Shown: one piece after another, positions 1 to 7,544 of the stretch
Layout of the letters: each line of letters opens with the position of its first letter
How positions within the stretch are numbered: the first letter of the stretch is position 1
Source: an uncultured Alphaproteobacteria bacterium
GTDB lineage: Bacteria; Pseudomonadota; Alphaproteobacteria; Rhizobiales; Xanthobacteraceae
DNA: 64,000 bases
Direction of reading: 5' to 3'
Assembly: GCA_963784005.1 (NCBI GenBank)
Contig: CAWAPT010000015.1
Coordinates: 6,005 to 70,004 of the forward strand
The notes under the pieces: generated by a model
Told to the model about the DNA's origin: nothing
Databases searched by the model: none
Seen by the model: the letters and a program-made list of their open reading frames with translations, nothing else
Position numbers and translations under genes: made by a program

Positions 1-1
1 G

Positions 2-88
2 ATCAACGCGGTGATCGACCCGGCAGCCGGCAGCGAGAGCGGAAGGATCGGCAACCTCAACCCGCAAAGTAAGATCCGCAAGAAATAA
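2..88 (+). CDS. oxc: oxalyl-CoA decarboxylase, C-terminal fragment (gene begins upstream of the window)
   Basis: Frame 2 reads [28 protein letters not shown] then TAA at 86-88. This resembles the conserved C-terminal tail of ThDP-dependent oxalyl-CoA decarboxylases. It ends 20 nt before frc, the canonical oxc-frc arrangement. Confidence 0.7.
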   Translation: MNAVIDPAAGSESGRIGNLNPQSKIRKK

Positions 89-108
89 AGGCGATAGGGA
101 GAAACACG

Positions 109-1548
109 ATGGCAAAGCAAAAAACAGCAGCCAAAGCGAAATCCAAGGCGGCGGCGAAAAAGACCGCGAAGAAAGTCGTCAGCTTCACCGCGAAGAAATC
201 GGCGGCGAAAGCGCATCCCGGCAACGGATTGCCGCGGCCGAGCGCAAAGCCGTGGGGGCACGCGGGCAGGGCGCTCGACGGCGTGCGCATCCTCGATTTC
301 ACCCATGTCCAATCGGGTCCGACTTGTACTCAACTTCTCGCCTATATGGGCGCCAACGTCATCAAGGTGGAACGGCCCGGCATCGGCGATATCACGCGCG
401 GCCAGCTGCGCGACGTGAAGGGCGCCGACAGCCTCTATTTCACCATGCTCAACGGCTCGAAGCGCTCGATCACGATCGACTCCAAACATGCCAAGGGCAA
501 GGAGATCCTCGAACGGCTGGTGAAGCTGTGCGATGTGCTGGTGGAGAATTTCGCCCCCGGTGCGCTCGACCGCATGGGGCTCACTTTCGAGCACATCCAC
601 AAGCTCAATCCGCGCATGATCGTCGCCTCGGTGAAGGGTTTCGGCCCCGGGCCGTACGAAGACTGCAAGGTGTACGAGAACGTGGCGCAATGCGCCGGCG
701 GCTCGGCTTCGACCACCGGCTTTCGCGACGGCCCGCCGCTCGTCACCGGCGCGCAGATCGGCGACAGCGGCACCGGCTTGCATCTGGCGCTCGGCATCGT
801 CTCAGCGCTCTACCAGCGCGTCCGTACCGGCCGCGGCCAAAAGGTGCTGTGCGCCATGCAGGACGGCGTGCTCAATCTGGCGCGCGTCAAATTGCGTGAC
901 CAGCAGCGGCTTAAAGCTGGCCCGCTCAGCGAATACAGCCAATTCGGCGAGGGTGTGCCATTCGGCAAGGCGACGCCGCGTGCCGGCAACGATTCCGGCG
1001 GTGGCCAGCCGGGCTGGATTCTCAAATGCAAAGGCTGGGAGAGCGATCCCGACGCCTACATTTATTTCATTACCCAAGCGCCGGTGTGGACCGCGATCTG
1101 CGATCTGATCGGTAAGCCGCAATGGAAGACCGATCCGGATTACGCCACGCCGCCGGCGCGGCTGCCGCGGCTGCGAAATATCTTTGATACGATCGAGCAA
1201 TGGACCATGACCAAGACCAAGTTCGAAGTCATGGACATCTGCAACAGGCACGACATCCCGGTCGGGCCGATCCTGTCGATGAAGGAAATCGCCGAGGAGA
1301 AGTCGCTGCGCGACACTGGAACGGTGGTCGAGGTCGACCATCCGGGGCGAGGCGCTTATCTGACCGTCGGCAATCCGATCAAGCTTTCGGATTCGCCCGC
1401 CGACGTGCGGCGCTCGCCGCTGCTCGGCGAACACACCGACGAAATCTTGCGCAAAGTCATCGGCTACTCGGACAAGGAAGTCGCCGCGATCAAGTCCTCG
1501 GGCGCGATCACCGCGCCGGAGAAGCCGGCCAAAGCGGAGGCGGCGTAA
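109..1548 (+). CDS. frc: formyl-CoA:oxalate CoA-transferase with an unusual ~50-aa Lys/Ala-rich N-terminal extension
   Basis: From [47 protein letters not shown] onward the protein is near-collinear with E. coli/O. formigenes Frc, including [17 protein letters not shown] and [18 protein letters not shown] 109 has a GGGAGA Shine-Dalgarno 7 nt upstream. Confidence 0.93.
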   Translation: MAKQKTAAKAKSKAAAKKTAKKVVSFTAKKSAAKAHPGNGLPRPSAKPWGHAGRALDGVRILDFTHVQSGPTCTQLLAYMGANVIKVERPGIGDITRGQLRDVKGADSLYFTMLNGSKRSITIDSKHAKGKEILERLVKLCDVLVENFAPGALDRMGLTFEHIHKLNPRMIVASVKGFGPGPYEDCKVYENVAQCAGGSASTTGFRDGPPLVTGAQIGDSGTGLHLALGIVSALYQRVRTGRGQKVLCAMQDGVLNLARVKLRDQQRLKAGPLSEYSQFGEGVPFGKATPRAGNDSGGGQPGWILKCKGWESDPDAYIYFITQAPVWTAICDLIGKPQWKTDPDYATPPARLPRLRNIFDTIEQWTMTKTKFEVMDICNRHDIPVGPILSMKEIAEEKSLRDTGTVVEVDHPGRGAYLTVGNPIKLSDSPADVRRSPLLGEHTDEILRKVIGYSDKEVAAIKSSGAITAPEKPAKAEAA

Positions 1549-1558
1549 TTTCTTTTTC

Positions 1559-1680
1559 GCCTCCCCCTGAAAGGGGGAGGTGGCGAGCGAAGCGAAGCCG
1601 GTGGGGGTTTGTCTTCGGTGTTGGGGCAAGTTTCGAGGCCGTGACCCCCACCCTACCCTCTCCCTTTCAGGGGGAGGGAG
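1559..1680. repeat. REP/MITE-like intergenic repeat, family A (terminal CCTCCCCCT-GAA-AGGGGGAGG hairpins)
   Basis: A perfect 9-bp-stem hairpin lies at 1560-1580 and an imperfect one at the other end. The internal core is GCGAGCGAAGCGAAGCC. A second copy in inverted orientation is at 24761-24877. Confidence 0.85.
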
Positions 1681-1708
1681 CGTGCGCGGCAAGGGAGAGG
1701 CCTTTAAA

Positions 1709-2638
1709 ATGCGTATCGTCGTTCACGGCCAACAGGCGTTCGGCAAGGCGGTGTTGGAAGCGCTGATCAAGCGCGGCGAGAACGTCGTCGCCGTTTATGT
1801 CGCGCCGGAGAAACCCGGCGCCAAGGCCGACCCGCTGAAGGAAGCGGCGCTTGCCGCCAAGCTTCCGGTCTATCAGCCCGACTCCTACAAGAAGCCCGAA
1901 GTGCTGGAAGAATTCAAAGCGCTCAAGCCGGACCTTCAGGTGATGGCGTTCGTTACCCTGTTCGTTCCGGAAGAATTCCTCAATCTGCCGACCCACGGCT
2001 CGATCCAATATCACCCGTCGCTGCTGCCGGCCTATCGCGGCGCCAGCGCCATCAATTGGCCGATCATCAAGGGCGAAACGGAAACCGGTCTTTCGATCTT
2101 CTGGCCCGACAACGGGCTCGATACCGGCGACGTGCTGCTGCAGAAGAAAACGCCGATCGGCCCCAACGACACGCTCGGCACGGTTTATTTCGACCGGCTG
2201 TTTCCGATGGGCGTCGACGCCATGCTGGAATCGGTCGATCTGGTGAAGGCCGGCAAGGCGCCGCGCGTCAAGCAGGACGAAGCGCAAGCCACTTACGAAG
2301 GGCGCTGCGGCGCCGACAATGCCAAGATCGACTGGGGCAAGCCCTGGGAGCAGATCGACCGGCTCATCCGCGGCTGCAACCCGGCGCCGGGCGCCTGGAC
2401 CACGCTCGACGGTAAGCAACTGAAGATTTTCGACGCCAAGCCGCTGCCGGCCAAGGATCCGAAGGGAATCGCCGGCAAGCTTGGCGAGATCGTCGCGGTG
2501 GAAGCCGACGGCTTCACCGTGGTCTGCGCCGATGGGCGCTTCAAAGTTTCGCGTGTGCAGCCCGCCGACGGCAAAAAGATCGAAGCCGGCGAATGGGCCA
2601 AATCCGCCAATCTCGCCGTCAAGTCGAGGTTTGCATGA
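1709..2638 (+). CDS. formyltransferase-family protein resembling the N-terminal hydrolase domain of 10-formyl-THF dehydrogenase
   Basis: The track ORF 1580-2638 reads through repeat A, so the internal ATG 1709 (MRIVVHGQQAFG) is the likely start. Motifs IQYHPSLLPAYRGASAINWPII and LSIFWPDNGLDTGDVLLQ match the Fmt/FDH-N formyl-transfer site (His-x-SLLP-x-x-RG, Asp). Confidence 0.8.
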   Translation: MRIVVHGQQAFGKAVLEALIKRGENVVAVYVAPEKPGAKADPLKEAALAAKLPVYQPDSYKKPEVLEEFKALKPDLQVMAFVTLFVPEEFLNLPTHGSIQYHPSLLPAYRGASAINWPIIKGETETGLSIFWPDNGLDTGDVLLQKKTPIGPNDTLGTVYFDRLFPMGVDAMLESVDLVKAGKAPRVKQDEAQATYEGRCGADNAKIDWGKPWEQIDRLIRGCNPAPGAWTTLDGKQLKIFDAKPLPAKDPKGIAGKLGEIVAVEADGFTVVCADGRFKVSRVQPADGKKIEAGEWAKSANLAVKSRFA

Positions 2639-2665
2639 TCTTTTTTCACTTAGCTCTACGCGCGC

Positions 2666-2768
2666 CGTCATTCCGGGGCGACGCGAAGCGTCGAGCCCGG
2701 AATCCATACTCCGCAGCAGGGATTATGGATTCCGGGCCCGCGAACTTCGCTCGCGTCCCGAAATGACG
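2666..2768. repeat. family B hairpin repeats, two units in inverted orientation with only ~8 bp between them ('empty' pair)
   Basis: Unit 1 is CGTCATTCCGGGGCGACGCGAAGCGTCGAGCCCGGAATCCATACTCC. Unit 2 is GGGATTATGGATTCCGGGCCCGCGAACTTCGCTCGCGTCCCGAAATGACG. The same units flank the GIY-YIG ORF at 30551-30954. Confidence 0.85.
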
Positions 2769-2820
2769 AAATCGGAATGACCGGGATTTCTTCACTCCAA
2801 CTTTTCACGGATCTCACACA

Positions 2821-4518
2821 ATGCCCGCCTCACAGCATCAATCGCCGAAATCCGACATTGAAATCTCGCAAGCTGCCAAGAAGCGCCTGATCGTCGACGT
2901 TGCCAAGGAAAGGCTCGGCATCGGCCCGGAAAACCTCGAGCCCTATGGCCATTACAAGGCCAAGATATCGATGGACTACATCAAGTCGCTACAAAGCAAG
3001 CCGAACGGAAAATTGATACTCGTTTCCGCGATCACGCCGACGCCGGCAGGTGAAGGCAAGACCACCACGACAGTCGGCCTGACCGACGCGCTCAATTACA
3101 TCGGCAAGAAGGCGATGCTGTGCCTGCGCGAGCCGTCGCTCGGACCGTCATTCGGCGTCAAGGGCGGCGCCGCCGGCGGCGGCTATGCCCAGGTCGTGCC
3201 GATGGAGGACATCAATCTCCACTTCACCGGCGACTTCCACGCCATCACTTCGGCCAACAACTTGCTCGCCGCGCTCCTCGACAATCACATCTATTGGGGC
3301 AATGCGCTCGGCATCGACGAACGCCGCGTCGCCTGGCGCCGCGTGCTTGATATGAACGATCGCGCGCTACGCTCGGTGGTCTCCTCGCTCGGCGGCGTGG
3401 CCAACGGCTTTCCCCGCGAGGACGGTTTCGACATCACCGTTGCCTCGGAAGTGATGGCGATTTTCTGTCTCGCCCGCGATCTCGAAGACCTCAAGAAGCG
3501 GCTTGGCAACATCGTCGTCGCCTATACGCGCGACCGTAAGCCGGTGCGCGCCAGCGAACTGAAGGCCAATGGCGCCATGACCGTGCTGCTCAAGGAGGCG
3601 CTGGCGCCGAACCTGGTGCAGACGCTCGAAGGCACGCCGGCCTTTATTCACGGCGGGCCGTTCGCCAATATCGCCCATGGCTGCAATTCCGTATTGGCGA
3701 CGACCACCGCGCTCAAACTCGCCGATTACGTCGTCACCGAAGCCGGCTTCGGCGCCGATCTCGGCGGCGAGAAGTTCATGGACATCAAGTGCCGCAAGGC
3801 CGGCATCGAGCCGTCTTGCGCGGTGCTGGTCGCCACCATCCGTGCGCTCAAAATGCATGGCGGCGTCAAGAAAGAAGACCTCAAGACGGAAAACCTGAAA
3901 GCGCTCGAAGCCGGCATGAGCAATCTCAAGCGTCATGTCGAGAACGTGCAGAAATTCGGCATCGTTCCGATCATCTCGATCAACCGCTTCTCCGCCGACA
4001 GCGAAGCCGAGATCAAGCTGGTCGAGGACACCTGCAAATCGCTCGGCGTCGAAGCCTTCATGGCCGATCATTGGGCCATGGGCGGCGAGGGCGCGGCCAA
4101 TGTAGCGAAGGCCGTCGTCAAGGTGGCCGAGAGTGGCAAGAGCAAGCTGAAATTCCTATATCCTGACGACATGCCGCTTCTTGAGAAGATCCGCACCATC
4201 GCCAAGGAGATTTATCGCGCCAAGGATATTTCCGCCGACAAATCGGTCCGCGACCAGCTCGCGAATTTCGAATCGATGGGCTACGGCAAATTCCCTATTT
4301 GCGTCGCAAAGACGCAATACAGCTTCTCGACCAATGCCGACGCCAAGGGCGCGCCGAGCGATCACATCGTCAATGTGCGCGAGGTGCGGCTGTCGGCGGG
4401 CGCGGAGTTTGTGGTCGCGATCTGCGGCGAGGTCATGACCATGCCCGGCCTGCCCCGGGTTCCGGCAGCCGACGTGATCGATGTCGGCGCCGACGGCAAG
4501 ATCGTCGGACTATTTTAA
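2821..4518 (+). CDS. fhs: formate--tetrahydrofolate ligase
   Basis: 565 aa, with the P-loop [15 protein letters not shown], plus [19 protein letters not shown] and [18 protein letters not shown]. Full-length collinear with FTHFS. Confidence 0.95.
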   Translation: MPASQHQSPKSDIEISQAAKKRLIVDVAKERLGIGPENLEPYGHYKAKISMDYIKSLQSKPNGKLILVSAITPTPAGEGKTTTTVGLTDALNYIGKKAMLCLREPSLGPSFGVKGGAAGGGYAQVVPMEDINLHFTGDFHAITSANNLLAALLDNHIYWGNALGIDERRVAWRRVLDMNDRALRSVVSSLGGVANGFPREDGFDITVASEVMAIFCLARDLEDLKKRLGNIVVAYTRDRKPVRASELKANGAMTVLLKEALAPNLVQTLEGTPAFIHGGPFANIAHGCNSVLATTTALKLADYVVTEAGFGADLGGEKFMDIKCRKAGIEPSCAVLVATIRALKMHGGVKKEDLKTENLKALEAGMSNLKRHVENVQKFGIVPIISINRFSADSEAEIKLVEDTCKSLGVEAFMADHWAMGGEGAANVAKAVVKVAESGKSKLKFLYPDDMPLLEKIRTIAKEIYRAKDISADKSVRDQLANFESMGYGKFPICVAKTQYSFSTNADAKGAPSDHIVNVREVRLSAGAEFVVAICGEVMTMPGLPRVPAADVIDVGADGKIVGLF

Positions 4519-4520
4519 CA

Positions 4521-4640
4521 GTCGTTGCGAGCCAACGGGTCCGGCCCGAAGTGGCCGGCCCGATCACAGGCTCCGCGAAGCAATCCAGTTTGCCTGGACC
4601 AGAGCTGGATTGCTTCGTCGCTTCGCTCCTCGCAATGACG
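4521..4640. repeat. REP/MITE-like repeat, family C (GTCRTTGCGAG ... CTCGCAATGACG termini, inner GAAGCAATCCAG/CTGGATTGCTTC palindrome)
   Basis: It starts 3 nt after the fhs stop. A second copy is at 32282-32361. Confidence 0.85.
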
Positions 4641-4657
4641 CAACAAAGGAGAAGACC

Positions 4658-5344
4658 ATGCTGAAATTTTATTACAGCGGCGCGCCGAACCCGACCAAGG
4701 TCGCGCTGTTCCTGGAAGAAACCGGCACGCCTTACGAGGCCGTCCCGGTCGACACCCGCAAGGGCGAGCAACACAAGCCTGAGTTTCTGGCGATCAATCC
4801 GAATGCCAAATTGCCGGCCATTGTCGACGGCGATGTCACGGTGTTCGACTCAAGCGCGATCCTGCTCTATCTCGCCGAGAAGACCGGCAAGTTCCTGCCG
4901 GCCAAGACCGATAAGGCGCGCGGCGAGCTGCTGTCATGGATGTTTTTCGTGTCGTCCGGCGTCGGCCCGTATTTCGGCCAGTCGGTGCACTTCCGCAATT
5001 ACGCGCCGGAGAAGCTGCCCTACGCCATCAACCGCTATGTCTTCGAGGCGCATCGGCACGCCGGCATTCTCGATGCGCGGCTCGCCAAGCACAAATTCAT
5101 GTTGGGCGATACCTACACCATCGTCGACATGAACGTGTGGGGCTGGGCGCGCATGCTGCCGAACGTGGTCGGCGAGGGCGCGTGGGACAAATACAAGAAC
5201 CTCAAGCGGCTGGTCGACGAGATCAACGCGCGTCCCGCCGCGCAAAAGGCAAACACGCTGAAGGACCGTCACAAGTTCAAGACCGAGATGGACCAGGAAG
5301 CGCTGCACGCCATGTTCCCTCATCTAAAGGAAAAGGCCGCGTAG
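4658..5344 (+). CDS. glutathione S-transferase family protein
   Basis: The track ORF 4481-5344 begins inside repeat C, so ATG 4658 (MLKFYYSGAPNPTKV, AAGGAGA upstream) is the likely start. It has a thioredoxin-like N-domain (INPNAKLPAIVDGD) and a helical C-domain. Confidence 0.85.
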   Translation: MLKFYYSGAPNPTKVALFLEETGTPYEAVPVDTRKGEQHKPEFLAINPNAKLPAIVDGDVTVFDSSAILLYLAEKTGKFLPAKTDKARGELLSWMFFVSSGVGPYFGQSVHFRNYAPEKLPYAINRYVFEAHRHAGILDARLAKHKFMLGDTYTIVDMNVWGWARMLPNVVGEGAWDKYKNLKRLVDEINARPAAQKANTLKDRHKFKTEMDQEALHAMFPHLKEKAA

Positions 5345-5351
5345 TTTTGTT

Positions 5352-5448
5352 CCGTCACCCTGAGGCGGCCGCGAAGCGGCCCTCGAAGGACGACGGCCCG
5401 GGCGGTTCATCCTGCGAGGCTCGCTTCGCTCGCACCTCAGGATGACGG
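5352..5448. repeat. REP/MITE-like repeat, family D (CCGTCACCCTGAGG ... CCTCAGGATGACGG termini)
   Basis: Terminal inverted repeats and an internal GCGAAGCG / CGCTTCGC core. Only a single copy is seen in this window, so the family assignment rests on shared architecture. Confidence 0.6.
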
Positions 5449-5458
5449 TATTGAGTTC

Positions 5459-5494
5459 AAAAAAAAACGGCGCGGCTTTGCAGGCCGCGCCGTT
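5459..5494 (-). terminator. rho-independent terminator of the MFS antiporter operon (could act bidirectionally)
   Basis: A perfect 11-bp stem (AACGGCGCGGC / GCCGCGCCGTT) with a 7-nt loop. On the minus-strand transcript it is followed by a run of 9 U (A9 at 5459-5467 on the plus strand). Confidence 0.7.
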
Positions 5495-5516
5495 CGTATT
5501 TCTGAAGCCGAAGCTG

Positions 5517-5645
5517 TTACTGGAACAGCTTCATGGCATTTTGCAGCGTTTGCAGCACGCCCCAAGCCAAGGGGATGCCGACAAAGCCCCAGGCGAGAAT
5601 GAGCTGCAATGTCGAGCTGCCGGTCTGTTGGTTTGAATTGGGCAT
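5517..5645 (-). CDS. 42-aa hydrophobic mini-protein downstream of the MFS antiporter (possible MFS transporter small subunit)
   Basis: MPNSNQQTGSSTLQLILAWGFVGIPLAWGVLQTLQNAMKLFQ. There is a perfect AAGGAGA Shine-Dalgarno, the start is 13 nt after the antiporter stop, and it has one predicted TM helix. Confidence 0.5.
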   Translation of the reverse strand: MPNSNQQTGSSTLQLILAWGFVGIPLAWGVLQTLQNAMKLFQ

Positions 5646-5658
5646 GACCGTTTCTCCT

Positions 5659-7071
5659 TTAAGCGCCAGCCGGCCGACCGGCGGCGGCGACATTCGCCGC
5701 TCCGGCAAGTCCGGTATTGCGATCGGGTTGCATGTGGAAGCGCTTATCAACTGCCTTGATCATAAGATTGCAGAGGAAGCCGATAACCAGCAAGCCCGCC
5801 ATGATGAACATGGTGACGTTGTAGGCTTGCGCTTTCGGCACGCCACTGTCGATCTGATACTGGCGGATATAGTTGACCAGCACCGGTCCGAACACGCCGG
5901 CCGCCGACCATGCCGTGATCAGCCAGCCATGAATGGCGCCGACATAGCGTGTGCCGAACATATCCTTCAGATAGGCCGGCACGGTGGCGAAGCCGCCGCC
6001 ATACATGCTCATGATGATCACGAAGCAGAGCACGAACAGGCCCACGCTGCCGATCGAGCCGGTCCACGGCACCAAGCAGTACAGCAACGTGCCGAGCGCA
6101 AAGAAGCAGAAATAGGTATTCTTGCGCCCGATATAGTCGGAGGTCGAAGCCCAGAAGAAACGGCCCAGCATGTTGAACAGGCTGAGCAGTCCAACAAAGC
6201 CAGCCGCCGCGACGACCGAAACCTTGCCCGGGAACATTTCCTGGCTCATGGCGGACGCCTGCCCGAGCACGCCGATGCCGGCGGTGACGTTGAGGCAGAG
6301 CACCCACCAGATCAGCCAGAACTGCGGCGTCTTGATCGCGTCATAGACATAGACGTCGTTCCTGGTGATCAGCTTCTGCTCGACGACCGGTGGCGTGTAG
6401 CCTTCCGGCTTCCACCCCGGCGCCGGAATCCGCACGATGAAGGCGCCGACCATCATGAAAATGAAGTAGACGATGCCAAGCGCGATGAAGGTCTCGGCGA
6501 CACCGACATGGGTTGGCGTTGAGAAGTGCGCCATCAGCCAAACCGAAAGCGGTGAGGCGATGAAGGCGGCGCCGCCGAAGCCCATGATCGCCATGCCGGT
6601 CGCCATGCCGGGCCGGTCGGGGAACCATTTGATCAGGGTCGACACCGGCGAGATATAGCCAAGGCCAAGGCCGCAGCCGCCCAACACGCCATAACCCAGA
6701 TAAACGACCCAGAGATTGTGGATATAGACGCCGAACGCCGAAACCAGAAAGCCGCCGCCAAAGCAGCAAGCGGCCGCAAACATCGCTTGGCGCGGACCGC
6801 CCTCCTCGACCCAGCGGCCAAAAATGGCTGCCGAGGTGCCGAGGATGAAGATGCCGATCGAGAAAATCCAGCCGAGATCGGTCAGCTTCCAGTCATCCGG
6901 CGCGGATGCCGTGATGCCGATTAATTTCGTCATCGGCAAATTGAAAACGCTGAACGCATAAGCCTGGCCGATGCACAGATGGATGCAGAGTGCCGCGGGC
7001 GGCACCATCCACCGGCTGAAGCCAGGCTTGGCGATCGTGTGACTACGATCGAGAAAAGGGAGCAATGCCAT
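5659..7071 (-). CDS. MFS transporter, oxalate/formate antiporter (OFA) family
   Basis: 470 aa with about 12 hydrophobic segments. The N-terminus MVPPAALCIHLCIGQAYAFSVFNLPM is typical of OFA-family proteins, and it sits in an oxalate catabolic context. Confidence 0.85.
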   Translation of the reverse strand: MALLPFLDRSHTIAKPGFSRWMVPPAALCIHLCIGQAYAFSVFNLPMTKLIGITASAPDDWKLTDLGWIFSIGIFILGTSAAIFGRWVEEGGPRQAMFAAACCFGGGFLVSAFGVYIHNLWVVYLGYGVLGGCGLGLGYISPVSTLIKWFPDRPGMATGMAIMGFGGAAFIASPLSVWLMAHFSTPTHVGVAETFIALGIVYFIFMMVGAFIVRIPAPGWKPEGYTPPVVEQKLITRNDVYVYDAIKTPQFWLIWWVLCLNVTAGIGVLGQASAMSQEMFPGKVSVVAAAGFVGLLSLFNMLGRFFWASTSDYIGRKNTYFCFFALGTLLYCLVPWTGSIGSVGLFVLCFVIIMSMYGGGFATVPAYLKDMFGTRYVGAIHGWLITAWSAAGVFGPVLVNYIRQYQIDSGVPKAQAYNVTMFIMAGLLVIGFLCNLMIKAVDKRFHMQPDRNTGLAGAANVAAAGRPAGA

Positions 7072-7544
7072 TGCGCGATCCTCCTTGGTGTCCCCAGTCG
7101 CTCAGAGCCGCAGTTTTTTATCGAAGCGTCCCTTTTGGGACGGCGCGGCTTGGCGTTTTTCTTAGTACCGGCAAGAATCTACCTGTAGCCGCAGCGCAAT
7201 AGCAAGTTCGACTATAGTCAACGGCGCGATCTTCTCGCGCCGCCAGCGGCCTTGCGATTGGGATTGCTCCCACGCGCCGATGGCGCCGAAGAACCTAGTG
7301 GTGGTCACAATCCCTCCCGCAACGAGCCTCCGCTACAAAAGGTATTCTATTATCAATGGCTTACATCAATTGTCCAAATCTAAGCCGCGCTGCAATGCCC
7401 CGGGGCAGGTGCGTCGCGCTATCGCAAAGGTGATCACCGCAGCACACACTGTGGGGCCAAGTGTCGCGGCGCGATGTGGATGTGATTGTCGCCGGCCTCC
7501 TTAGCTCTGTTCCAATTGGCGTTTTTGGGTCTTAAAAGGACATC

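Noticed and set aside
802-1692. Long antisense or out-of-frame ORFs throughout the track. Examples are 802-1692(-), 1667-2707(-), 9246-10370(-), 10500-11897(-), 22586-23806(+), 26128-27063(-), 28262-29380(-), 51513-52445(-) and 62145-63635(+).
   Set aside because: They overlap well-supported genes. Their products are Arg/Ala/Gly/Pro-rich with no recognisable motifs. These are classic shadow ORFs of a high-GC genome.
2639-2820. Possible ZTP (pfl) or THF riboswitch upstream of fhs.
   Set aside because: The region is fully accounted for by the family B repeat pair. I could not find the conserved pfl pseudoknot element (…CCGCCTGGGC…).
7210-7219. 10-bp palindrome GACTATAGTC in the 470-bp divergent region between the antiporter and fdsB, considered as a possible GntR/FadR-type operator.
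   Set aside because: A 5+5 palindrome is expected dozens of times by chance in 64 kb. No regulator gene is nearby and no second copy was seen.
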